Source of the DNA: Halocafeteria seosinensis
Lineage: Eukaryota
Direction of reading: 5' to 3'
NCBI GenBank assembly: GCA_001687465.1
Contig: LVLI01000386.1
Span: 1 to 64,000 of the forward strand
DNA length: 64,000 bases
Below are positions 25,001-38,100 of the stretch, piece by piece; position 1 is the stretch's first letter; the number at the start of each line of letters is the position of its first letter. The notes below the pieces were generated by a model. The model did no database searches, was not told where the DNA came from, and worked only from the letters and a program-made list of their open reading frames with translations. Both the position numbers and the translations under genes were made by a program.

Positions 25001-28000
25001 GTCTATCACCCACGTTCCATCCTTCCGGGGTGTCATCAAGCTCAAGTAACCGAGTTCCAGCGGTCAACGTGTGCGCTAGACGCGTCCATCCTGTCTTGGA
25101 TACTCCTGCCATGGTAACATTACCAAATACAGCAATCACTTTGTTTCCTAGATTGAGACCATTGGCAACAACAAGTGCATCATCCCTTCGGTCACCATGG
25201 AGTCGAATCGTAGCATTCTTCAGCGGTTTCTCTGGAGTTCCCATTTCCATTTCTCTCCAAATAGTCATTGTTTTCGCATTCAGCACGCCGTTTTCCGCAA
25301 AGCTGAGCTTACCATCCACAGAGACCCCTTTAACAATAGGCGTTTCAGTATTGACAATAATATGTTTGCTAGAGTCTATAGTAACATCTTTACCGGCTTT
25401 CGGGAAGGTTCCGTTGGGCCAGGCGGCAGGATCCGTCCAATTGTAAACCGTAAGTTTCTCGGGTTGAGGAGGAGGAAGACAAATATCGGGTAACCACGGA
25501 TGCTCAACATTATCGGGTGGACACGTTATCCGATGCACTTCAAAACGATACTTATCATCACCACTTGCAGTAGCATTGATGTCATTGATTACGACGTGCC
25601 ACGTATCATTGTCATGATCCGGCGCTCTTTCAATCCACCCCGTGCCAATTCGGTCTTGCTGTGGCCTGGGCATACGGTCTGGTTGCCCCGGTTGCTCCAG
25701 CGAGGGTACCTCTTCCTCCTCGCTGCTTCCAGGTGCATAGACAACCTTGTTGCGCCATCGGAAATCGATCCAGCTCATTTTCAACCCTATATATTCTTCC
25801 ATGACAGTAGAATCCATCTCAATGAATTCAGGTCTGCCATATCGGAATCTGAAGCGCTGCCAATCGACCAGTGTGTCCACAGATGCATCGTACCAACTAT
25901 GAGTCACCAATGGAGCAAGCCATCCATTGAACGACTTCGCTGTCCGTCTGTATTGAATTGTATCCGAGAAAGTGCTATTATCTAATTGCTTGAAAATGAA
26001 CGGTTCCCAGTTCAATTCGCGAGGATAGTTGTTATCAATGGCAAGACGTCTAACTCGAACCTCTCCGTCACATACAATCCCACCATCGTACGTGCCTTCC
26101 TCGTCCCTCCTGCAATGCGGACTCCCTTCGTTAAACTTGTAGTAAGGTGTGGCAGTACCATTCACGTGACCAGTTAGTGTTCCATCCAAATCCCAGAAGA
26201 TCTGCTTCTTTGGTTCAGTCCATTTAGTGCGCTTGCGACTGTTGTAGAAGGCCATTCTCTCAAAACGAGTGGTGAATCCACCCTGTTTCTCTCCTTCGCA
26301 GTCAATGCACATAGAAATCGCTCCACTATCTCCGTAGTTTACAATAGTAACTCCCGAGACATGGAAGTAGTCGTCCATGGGACCGAAGATAGCTTGTTGT
26401 CCTATTGGCGCCATCTCACCATTTACGTTACCAACGTATAAGCAGTCTTTGATATTCGGTGTATCTTCTCTAAATCCCGTTGGAAAGAACCTCCACATTT
26501 GACCCAGTGCCCCATTTTCCAGGATTTTGTGGTTTACATGCTGCAGATCCCCGTTTCTGTAGCCAAATATACCTTGCCCACCGTTTCGGTAGGACGTCAA
26601 ATTCTGAAATTTCTGCAGGCGCATCGGTGTATAAATTGGGTAAATACGCAATCCGTGCACGTCACAGGAATGAACAGTATTGTTGAAGAATTCCCCAATG
26701 TCATCATTGTGCGGAACAATCGGATGATGACTAGATGGGCCATGAGGTGTACCCGGAAGTTCGTACCAGAATCCATAGTTTACCGAACCCGCAGCGACGT
26801 TGTGTCGAAGGAATTGAGTCGGTCCGGCCATCCAGAAACAAGCAGGGGAATCGTCGCTGTTAATGCCCATCGTCAACGGCAAGGTCCACACCACCAGGTT
26901 CTCTTCCGTAGGATTAAATTTCTCCACCCCGTCTTCAAAGAAGATGGTATGGCCTTTGACCTTGTAAGCTACGTTGTGGCTCGTGGTGAACTTGTGAGTA
27001 CCGTGGATGGTGACTGCGCGCTGTAAAGCATGGTGGTAGGAGTTACTCTTCACGTAGCTATGGCTGTTATCACCAGCCATGTGTGAATGGGTGCAGTATC
27101 GACCCAGTCGACCACCTTGGCCACAAGAGCTAAACTCAACGTTTTCGATCCGATAATATCCACCATGCGCCACCAGTGTATGTGCACCAAAGACCTGCTT
27201 CCGGCTATTATCGTCGCCCTTGACTAGAATATTTCTGCTGAGGAGACCAACTTCCGAGCGCATATGCACATCTGAGTGGCCGTATTTACCGGCCTCAAAA
27301 ACTTCCACGCCGTGCGCATATTGGAACTCTCCTTTAATTTTTAGACACCGAGCACCACACACGCTAGCAACTTCTACCTCCTCCGTTTCACGGAAGTTGC
27401 GGCCATTACTCGTCACTATGAGCCGATCACCAGGTACGAAGTCCACATCTTCCGCTGTGTGAATCTCATCATCACCAGCGCTAGCCGTGCTTTCAAGGAA
27501 CGTCCAACTCCGAATCCGCGGCTTACCGTGAAGATCAAGGTATCCGATTTCATCTGGGGCCGGGTTATTCCCGTGTCCGTGACCGCTGTTGGCACCCACG
27601 TTGAATACGCTAAGCACCTTAGCGCCAACTGTTGGAACTTGAACAGACTCCCATCGGTCACCATGGAGAGTAATGACCGCCCGATGATAAAACGGGTTGT
27701 CCTCTCTTCCCACTTCAAAGCGACCCCCGTTAATCAATATATAGTTCGCATCTAGTGACAAATCCTGATTATCAAATATGAGCTCTCCTTCGATTAACAA
27801 GACCCAAAGCACAGGGGTGGATTGATCCAATAAAACGGATTGCCCACGCGGAATGTGCACCGTGTCGTTGAATACAGGGAAGTTGTCGAAATTCCACGTA
27901 GCCGGCTGGGACCAGCGATCCAAGTAACGAAATACGGTGGTTTCAGCGTGAAGCGCCAACCCGGTTCCAGCAATGAGTACTTCCACACTATTCCGTCGAA

Positions 28001-31000
28001 TTTTGTCCCGCTTACCAGTCACGCATGTAATAGAGTTTGTAGATGAAGCCGTGACACTACAACGGACTCCATTCAGGTGTACATCTATATCTTTCGTGTT
28101 TCCAGAGAACCCGGACCCCGATATCGTAACCTCTGTACCTCCATCAGACGTGCCATTACTCGGAGTGATACTCTCTATGAAAGGTGTTTTCAAGACAGAG
28201 TATTTTACTTTAGAGTCTAGCATATCTGAAGCCTCGTTGCCTTCACTACACTCCATCTTAACAGCCAAGTCGCATTCATCTGTCGTTGATACCAGAAATC
28301 CTTCGAATTCCACTTCAGCCACATCGCATCTACCACTGTCAGGTCCAACATATCGAAGATATCGATAGCCATCGCTCGTATCATCAAGGTTAATCGAGTT
28401 CCATCCTTCGACAACGTTGGAACCTACAACAGCTATTTCTTCCCAATTTTCGTTATCATTCGATCCCTCGAAAACCCCGCCAACCATTGCATTCGATTCT
28501 CTATAGGACGGATAGTACCAAATCTCAGTCAACTGGCCTTGCAGACTAACTCCAACATCAAGCCCCACGTGACAATCATCACTGTGGTCTTGAAATTCAG
28601 TAGATATGTCGCCGTCAAAAGCGGAGCCTGAATCACCTCTAGAGCCGAAGACGGAGCCCGTCAGTACTTCAGGTTTATAATGACCAAATGCACTCAGAGC
28701 AGCAGGAGTAATAAGAGAGGGGGCAATGCATTCAATTTTCCCAGCCTCCACGGTTTGCAGCTTGCATTCACGACCACACACTGCAACGTTAGGGGCAGGA
28801 CTACCACATGCTCGATCCCGCGTGGAGCCGTTCTTCGGCCGTTCATCCGCGTTTACGCCATTTAAGGCTGGCCACCCGTGGCCACTGATTTCAATAGTCT
28901 TCCCACCGCCTAATCCAATCTCGACGGTACTGGCCATAGAAATCGATAGTTCGACAGACACCTGCTTAGGCACTAGTATGCGCCCTCGGTCACCGACGAC
29001 AAATTCTACATCAAACGTACCAGCAGGAGAGTTACCAACTATACACTCAACACGGGTAGCATTCCATGCACGTATGCTACAGTCTTCATCGCCAATTCGA
29101 ATGTATGAGCCCTCAACCAACCTGTCAGGGAAATTACCCGTGATGACCAATACACTTCCTCTTTGGACAACTTTAGGGGAAACTGATTCTGCTGTACCCG
29201 TTAAACTCTCCTTGTATGCATACGAATTCGAAAGTATCACAGAAGTTTGGCTTTCTAATGATAACCCAACTGCACCGGCACTCGCCATTGCCGTCACACT
29301 TGCTGTCGGGGTCACGGTGCCGCTGCCACTGACACTGGGTGTCGATGTTGGAGTCCCCGTAGCACTCGCCGTCTGACTTGGCGTGCTTGTTACGCTTGCA
29401 GTCGATGTCGGCGTCCTACTCGGACTTACATTTGGGCTAGGCGAGGCGTTCGTTCCATTGGAGTCTTCAAGAAATCGCATAGCTGTGAGCATTCTTCCAT
29501 GGTGACCACCATGCTCGTTGCCGTCACTATTGCTATGTCCAGTTTTGATCGCTACCCGAATTTGAGGAACGTGCTCACTCTCGTCAATGTCCTTCGCCGG
29601 AGTATATACAGTTAACTTTTGGAAACCACTCTCAATAATTTCCGCTAATTTATCATCGAAATGCACTATATTCTCGGAAGACACACCGGAGAAACCTTGA
29701 CCCTCTAGTGTTACCCAGTGCCCGCCATGGAATGAGCCGGCAGCAGAGCTAATGGACTCCACATGCAGAGAATAGCTCACTTCAAACGGACAAAACGCGT
29801 TGCCATATTTTGTACCTATCTGGATAGAGTGATTGCCCGCTCTATTGAAAGGAAGCGTGCACACCAAGCGATCACTGGTAGAGGCCGTTTCGTTGATGGA
29901 ACAACTCTCGGATCCCACTGTTACTGTAGAACGACCATCAAACAATATGTTACCACTAACGATTAACTGCTTGCCAGGTTCACCATCAGAGTCATCAATG
30001 CCATCACAAACTGGTGTAGAGGTGTTACTAAACCGGAAATTGCATGTACCTTCCGCACACACGGCCGCAGTTCGGCTGCGTCGAACTTCTACTGTGGCAT
30101 CTGTAGTGCGCTGCTCACCAACTAAGTCCTTGACGGAGCTCGTTATGCAGACAATTTCATCGTTTGAGACGCTTTGGAGTTCGCAAAGCACCCAATCATC
30201 ATGCACCGTATCCAAATTTATCCTGACTTCCAGACCGTCGGTCTTTTTACCGAAACCAAAACCAAATACATGAAGCTCCTGGCCTCCTAGGATGGACCCT
30301 TCTTTCATGGATAGTCTGTCGACGCGGTAGCCAACGTCAATCGTGTTAGAGTTTGCGTCGGCATAGCCAACTAAATCGATGTGGATCAACGGCAACACAG
30401 GTTCTTGTGGCATTGCAGGCGGTTCTCCGCGAATCAAAGCGCAGCGCAGTGTCGCTGCAGTGACATTTAGCGTTGCCTGCTGGCAACGACGTGATCCAAT
30501 GTGTACGGCGATCGGGGAATCAGAGCCATGATTTATGTTTTCTAAGTGGAACTCAACAATGCCACTCGTAGCAGCACTAAGTTGAGTTGGCTCCACGCTC
30601 TTAATCCTCCAAGTCAATTCCTCCTTGAATGTGAAACTTTCGGAGTACTGCTTGCCGTTCACCTTAATAGACGCAGATATCCGATCTGAAGTATGATTCA
30701 ACACACTGGGCATACGGATTGAGACAAGCCTGTGGGAAGCATGCACAATTTCTGCCGGAAGTTCAACACCACTACTGTCCAAAACGATGCTGACGTCGTT
30801 ATTCGTCTCGTTCGCGGAGAAACCAGTGCCGCTGACATTCACGATGGTTCCACCAGCTAGCGATCCTTCAAGCGGACTGGCATCGAAAAGGTCCATATCG
30901 ACCTCTACAGTAGCGCTTTCAGTCGTCGTGGCTTTCCCTCTTCCTTCTCCGACAAACACTTGCACCACATGAATGCCTTCATTTGTATCCTGTAATTGAC

Positions 31001-33545
31001 AAGTGAGGGTGTCCTCACCAGCGCTGGTGACGTTGCAACGTCCTTCGCCAATAAATATATCATTCGTGAACACATCTGCGACAAAACCTTCTCCCTCCAC
31101 TGTTAGAGTATCACCTACAACGGCCGTATTTGGGCTAACGGAGGTAATTTTCGGGGTTAGACTGGACTTGTACTGCCATGAGCACCCGTTCTCACTGAAT
31201 ATGTTGCAAGAGCTCAGCATTCCTCGAACGGAGGCACGAACACTGCCGCTTTCAATTGGCGGTAGCTCGAACCAATCCATAGGCACAGTCGAGTAGAACA
31301 CATCATCGGAATCACCTTCCTGGAGCGTTTGCACTTCAATGTGTACGTCTGCTCCTGTCAGAGAGGAGCTATCAGCCGCCAAGAGAGTTACATTCCCATA
31401 CGGTCGAAAGAACCATACTCGATATTGCCGACCAAAGTCTGGATCACCCTCTCGAGAAACCTCTACATCCTCTACGAAAGAAAGAGATTCGAGTGCATCT
31501 TCGACATTACCATCGCCTGCATTGTAATCAATATCCCAGGTACACTCTTCTTCAAGGCACAGCCGGAACGTTCCACGCACAGGTGGCCGAGGATCCCGGA
31601 CTCGATTCTCATCTGTTATTGAGCGAGTTCGATTTACAATTGTGACCAAGCTATTCGGGTCACCGTTTTCATACTCAACCGAGATCAAAGGAAACTTAGA
31701 AAACGTTGGGCACCTGAACGTAAGTAGCAATGCATAGCCGGCAAAACCTCGGGAGTCCTTCAAAGTGCTCAGGGTTGCATCCACATTACCGCAGTCCAAG
31801 TCTGCGTCATCTCTATCCCCGCACATATTTCTTGATTGCCTGGCTGTGAGGCGCTCTACGAAATCACTAGCCTTCTGTTCTATGTCATGCTTGGAATCAC
31901 TTAGGTCAATTTTGAACCCCTTGCACGGAAGACGGTCAGAGCGAGAAAGGAGAAAAGTACCGGTTTCTACTCCTTCGAGCACGATCTCCTGCTGTTCGAA
32001 CGTTACATTGCTTTGTATATCAATTTCTTGAAGCTCATAGACACTCTGGTCCGCTTCCAAATGATATTTCCCTTCCGATGCATCATGGATACGTAACCCG
32101 ACTTGAAAATCGTCGAGATGCCAATCTCCAGAATGAAGAGCGGCTACAAAATATCGTTTGCCAGCTTCAAACCACAGTGGTTCTGAAATTTGGCTATCCG
32201 AATCAAAGTAAGAGAACGCGTGCCAATTACTCAAGGCAACCGGCTGAGTGGAAAGATTGGCGCGAGACTCATCCGTGGAGATGTGGAGTGCCTTATACTT
32301 CCTCCCAAGGATGTACCAACTGTAGTACCTGGAAAGGGGTGGAATAAATAAACCTTCAACCAGTTGATCCCGATCATGCCAGGCACGAGCGTGACGAATC
32401 GTCCACCCTCCGGTGAACTGGTCAGTTTGTAACGCTTGCCTGTGCACTTTCGGATCATTTTCGTAATACCAATGCAAGTCCTTTTGAACTTCACGATATG
32501 TTCGAACAGACATTCCACGGCCTGGTGACTTGGGTTGGGAGTGGTAATCCGAAGGAACAGCAGAGGTCAAGCAAACAATTGTTTGAGGATTTTCAAGCTC
32601 ATCTTCTTCTGGTGGTTCGACGGTTTGAATTCTACACGGCAGATCTCCAAGGGTTATCTCGTTATCATCTATGTTGTAGCTGAATCCGTATCCTTTGATA
32701 GTAATTTCCGCATCTCCGTTGAGACCGCCTTCGTTATGCGAAATGCTTTCAATATGAGGGTGCAACGTATAGTGAAACGGTTGGCCGTCCAAACCCACCT
32801 GGCTGGCCCATTTGCCATAGTAAGGTTCACCGTATCCACGGTGTGGATGATGCACTCGAATGGTGGCATTGTATCTACCAACTGGAGCGTTCATCACCAT
32901 GCATTCTGATACCCCATTATGGACTGCTCGGCCACGGCGGAAGTTGCACTTCAAACCACCGAGCTCACCGCTGAAGTCGTCAACATCATGGTTTCGGAAA
33001 TATCCATCCAAGGATAACAGTGTGCCCGCATAGCCACCGAGTGTGTGCTGATTGACCACTGGGGTATCATGCCAACGATGTCGAAAACGGCACCAAGTCT
33101 TGCAGTCCGCAAAACTAGCGAATCCCACCCCAATTGTTTGCACCGATACAATGACATTTCCGCTGTCCTCATCCTGTGCATGAGCTAACGGTGGTGCATA
33201 GCACACGATTTGATTCTGATTGGTGTAGTAGTCCTCAATCTCACAAATGTTGTTTCCGAAGAACACAGTGGTGAAGAAGTTCTCACCCGTTGCTTCGAAT
33301 CCGTCAGGTCCATTGTTCTGGAATCCTCGGCCAGTAATAGTCACCTGTAGGACACCAACAAATGTACAATTGTGGTTTCAGATGTAAGCGAAGAGTGTAA
33401 ACCTTACCCTGGTTCCTCCAGCAATGGAACCTCGGTTGGGGCTAATGTCGTGTATCACCTGTCCTTCAACAGTTGTGGTCGCATATGCGAGCACCACATA
33501 CATTCCCACAACGACGGTGGGAAATGCGTTGCGTATTCTCATCAT
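22056..33545 (-). CDS. Fibrocystin-L (PKHD1L1)-like type I membrane protein, paralog A (about 3,800 aa); exons 33545-33408 and 33344-22056
   Basis: Signal-peptide-like N-terminus MMRIRNAFPTVVVGMYVVLAYATTTVEG; many IPT/TIG repeats; PA14-like region; S/T-rich linker; discoidin-like segment (SAFDGDIST...YRYLRY); two G8 domains (WSQPATW...VHIPRGQSVLLD and WTDPAAW) each followed by beta-helix repeats (GRLGRYCTHSH, FFEDGVE); a TM helix and a short tail. 63-nt GT-AG intron at 33407..33345. Confidence 0.88.
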
Positions 33546-34260
33546 ACGTACAATCGCACTTAAGTTAGGACAACAAAACTGGAACTGCTCGTTCGTCGAT
33601 CAGTCCCTCCCCTTTGCGAGAGATAGCCAGCGCGTCAAACGCTGGGTTCCTTCCTGCCACCGAACAAGCTGCTCGAGGGTGCGAAGAAAGCGCGCCTTCT
33701 AAATACACAAGGAGTCCAGAAATAGAAAACACACGAAGCCAATCTCCCTTTGGCTTTATGCTTTTCTCCAGGGGGAGAAAATACTGCAATAAATGCCGTA
33801 TGATGCAAATTTAGCACCTAAAGCAATTACACTGCTCAAGCGCCCCGGACGCCGAAGCCTTTTTTGTCGCCCGGAAGGAGCCCTTTGCACCTGCCACAAA
33901 CAGAGATGCGATCCAGCTCTGGGGCCCGACGGCAGAATTACACACCTCAACCGTGTGTAAGACCCCAAATGGACCCTAACGTGATAAACCGAGAGCAATA
34001 AGAAAGCGTCCGCTTTCTTGTCTCTCTATTCAGGTCGTTTTCTTTGTGTCTACCAGCGTAACACGTCGTCAAACAAATCACAGAACGCTTCGCTTACTCT
34101 TTTAGATAGAAGCCGGGGTGGGGTGTGACGTTGGAAGAGCCAGCCCACACCGACAACCGATAGCGTACGGTACAAGGTAGTGCAGAGTCTGCAGACTTAT
34201 TTCGAGGAAGTGGTGCACATAAAATGAAGGAGAATGCGCATCGTCCTAGCGATTCAAATA

Positions 34261-34280
34261 TGTGTGTGTGTGTGTGTGTG
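34261..34280. repeat. (TG)10 microsatellite
   Basis: tgtgtgtgtgtgtgtgtgtg read directly from the sequence. Confidence 0.95.
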
Positions 34281-35100
34281 CATGACTACGCAATGTACGG
34301 TGGGACACATACGTCGGCCCGCAGCCGAGAGGCAAACCGTCGGCTTGGCGGCTTCGGAACACTAAGAACCGGTTAACAGCTATGACCGAATTCTACGTTC
34401 GTGATGATGTTTGTGGTCAGCATATTCATGGAAAATTCATCATGTAACATCCTCTGCCCATGGGCGGGTAACTTGGTTCCCTGAGCAACCATGCTTCGTT
34501 TCGATTGTGGCTCGCTTGGAAACACAAAATGGAAGCAATTCAATTGCTGTTGTGGATACTACTCAAGTCACTTTCCCCTTTATCAATTCTTCCAGATGCT
34601 ACTTGAGCGTCCAGGATTCATGGATTAGCCCTGCTGTTCCGTAGGAGCTCGGGATCTTTGCCGGGTGGATGGATAGACGAGCCTGCTGCAGCAGCAATGC
34701 TGCATCCCCAAACCTAAAGCATAGAGGGGACGATCACCTCGTTCGCCACTGCGGCGGTTAGTGAGCCGGAGCCATCTCAGGATAGCGCTGCATACGATCT
34801 GTGGTGTAGCGCAGTTGTGTCAGCTACAATTGGTAGTGCCTAGTGAATTGATCAGTAGAAAAGAAGTCCAGCAGAATTAGGTACAGTGAGTGTGGAAATC
34901 ATTTGACAATATATTATGCATTAACTGTCGGTTCGATTGCATTGCATATAGAGGGAACCGAAAACAACAGTCTAAGGTATCACATGCTCATACTGTTGCG
35001 GGAACCTGGTAATATAAATACCACACAAAACATGCAAAGACAGCATCGTTAACCTCAGAGACGCCGATATAGCACAACGAGGTTTATGATCTAAAACTGT

Positions 35101-38100
35101 CTATATTCTTTCTGGGGATACTTTTTGACTGGAGCTTCTTTGGCTAGGTGGAGCCTGGTACTCATCCAGTCTTCGGTTGACCGAACGTGGGGAACTTAGA
35201 TCTTCTTGAGAGCCGGAGCTCCTTGACTTGTCCTCCTCTGACATCAGTCGTCTTCCATCATATGTGGCCCCAACTACTGAACTTCGTGGGCCTGCAGTAA
35301 CATCATACCGCGTCGCCACGCGGAGCACTTTGTGCTTCCGACGTCCTCTTGCGATACCGATTCCATATACGGCTACAACCGATACAGCAGCAACACCAGC
35401 TACGACCATGATAGCGAGGACGGTTGTTCCCAACTGAGCTTCTTCCTTGGAATCATCGTTTCCATCCTCTTGTCCCTGTGAAAAGGTCTCTGTTGATGGT
35501 TCAAGCATGCTGAATCCTGCCACAGTGGCGTTCGTTGCCGTGCTAATTGTAGCCTCCAGTATTCCACTCTCAGATAGATGTGATATGGTACGAGACAAAT
35601 TTCGTTGCTGCTCCACGATTTCTTCGTAGTTTCCACCGAGATTTGGTCCGTCACTCGATTCTCCACTGTCGTCGTCCCCATCCTCGCTCAAGTCAAGTTT
35701 CTTCTCAGGATCAATGAAAATGCTTATCGCCGTAATTTCCTCGTTCCCCTCACCCAGTTCACGCCTCAAGTCGTCAAAAATATTTTCAGAACGGTCTACG
35801 ATTCGGATCCTGCTCTCCGGGATGCTCAAGAGAGTCGCTAGGTTGTTAATTAGGCTCCTCTGGCCATTGCCTTCCCAAAACTCTGCGCTACTAACTTTCA
35901 GATCGATATTGAGTTGTATGCTTGCTGTACGAACCACTGCTACTCGGGCTAGATTCTCATGTCCATGGATCACAATCCAAATGTGCCGTACTTGAGGATT
36001 AAAATGATTGGATCCAGCGGGGTCGCTAAGCTTCGGGATCGTCTTCTGTGACTCAATGTATTTCCCGTTATAGTATATTTCCATTGCATTTGGCTTCTGG
36101 AGGAACATGCGGACCAGTATTCTGTCACTAGGGTCTCTTGATTGAAATGTAAATTGCACACGGGCCGGTTGGGTATTAAACAGCTGAATGCTATGCTCTT
36201 CTCCCGTCAATATAGAAAACGCGAGCCAGTTTTTCAGCTTGTCTTCCGCGCAATTATCTTTGAAATCTCCTTGAACGGAATAAATTCTATCGTCATCACC
36301 GGGGTTGTTAAAATCGATCTCGTTAAAATGAGAAGCCAGAAGGGGACTCAATGCAAGATTTGTCCGAGAGTCTGGCTGAAATAGCATTCGCTGAAACTTG
36401 GAACCTGGACACCATATACCCAACCAATCGGTTTGGGTTACACACCTTGGGCTTGGCAAAGACAATGGTGGGTTATGGTAAATCAGAGAGCCACCCGCGG
36501 ATCCATGCATCGTTCCATCTAAATCGTGGAAGAGGATGTACATATAGCCTTGACACTTTTCTCCTGTACACATCTTATCGCCAAATGAAAACTTAGCGGC
36601 CTCTTCCACATCAACCCAACGAATCTCGCTAAAGCTTGCTCTGGGCGCAAAGTCTATCTGACTAGGATTATGAGCGACGGCAACGGACTTCAACCCGCAG
36701 TCACTGCGGGAGAAGTGTCCAAACGTCACGTTGTGTACGTTCAGCGTGGCGTCAAACGTCTCCGGCACCCCATACCGTAATTCCCAAGGCAAACTACATA
36801 GCCTTCCAACCGTGTTCGGAGGATCTAAATCACAGCTAAACTCAGGGTTTGCACTACATGTCTTGGCTTTACCTGTGTACTGAGAATTAACTATTCCAAC
36901 CCTTCTGTAGCCATTTCCAAATACGGAATTGCAACCATTTCCTTCCAAGTCGTTCTCTGATACGGCGTGGCACCTGACACTAGCATCGCAACTAGAGAGC
37001 GAAGTAGAGCCCAAGATAACTGAATTGGTTATGTTCGCATAGTTACCCGTTCCTCCCTTCACAAAATTTAAAGAAATTCCGATGTGGGAGTCAGCCACAA
37101 GAACTTCATCTACGATTAAGTTGGCATCTTGGTCAACTGACAAGATGGCAATGTGAGCGATTTTCCAAGCTTTAAATCCACGTACTAGCCGACATCCACC
37201 TTGCTCAGCTAATGCGAACGCACCGACCAAACTCGCAGAAATTTCATTATCGAATATGTGGTTTTCACCACATTTTTGGGGCCGAAAAGTGATTCCTGCA
37301 TCGCTCGACGATGCAATAAAATTACCACTCATCTCCTGGGGATTACCATCCATTACAATACCTGACGTTGGAACCAACCACCGAAAGGTTTGGTCGGGAG
37401 ATCGAAAAATTCCCGCAATAAGGTTGTTTGTTATGATAGCTCCATCAGACGTTCCATCCCAGAAGTCAATCCCAGACCGATAGGTTCGATGGATAACATT
37501 TTCGTGAACTTCCATCAATCCTCCATGCTGCTGAGCTTCAATACCATAGTTGAGCGAGTAAGAGAAGGAGCTCCGACGGATTGTATTTCTCTCGTGGAGA
37601 TTTTTGGAATGAGGATACTGGAAGCGGATACATCCATGTTCCATTTGCTGCTTCCCGCAATGAAAGAATTCTACACTGTCAGCTTGGATATTGCCAACCA
37701 GGTGAGGGCGCTCCAAATCGTCGTCATCAAACGAAACCTCCGAGACAACCCAGTGAAAGCCATAATTAGCCCGACCAACTTCACCACTGGCCTGATCGTC
37801 TTCGTCAAAAACTCCAATTACAGACACCGTTCGGTCCAAGTTGCCGACAGCTGCAGCCATAGTATACCCTTGAATCCCGAGACCAACGGAGTGGCTATAC
37901 TTTACTGGCAAATCCAAAGTGACCCTATTATCGCTTATGCTCTGGATTTTTCTCGTTTCCTGTTCTTGAATGTCATATTCGGTAGAAGTAATAACTAGTT
38001 CATCCCCAACGTTCCATCCTATCGGAGTTTCATCGAGGGTCATAACTCGGCCTCCGCCATTCAGGGAGCTTGCTAGCTGTGTCCATGTGGTTTTCGGAAC

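Noticed and set aside
33878..33900. CCCTTTGCACCTG resembling the TPP riboswitch core CCCTTTGAACCTGA
   Set aside because: The upstream CTGAGA and downstream CAGG.TAATGCCTG elements are missing, and no thiamine gene is adjacent.
33700..34200. RNase P/MRP-like fragments (GGAGTCCAG, CAGAAC..GCTTAC, CAGACTTA)
   Set aside because: The two P4 strands are not complementary in any arrangement I tried.
34396..34490. Possible C/D snoRNA (GTGATGA at 34401, CTGA at 34481)
   Set aside because: Weak terminal stem, no clear C'/D' boxes, and only about 8 nt of recalled rRNA complementarity.
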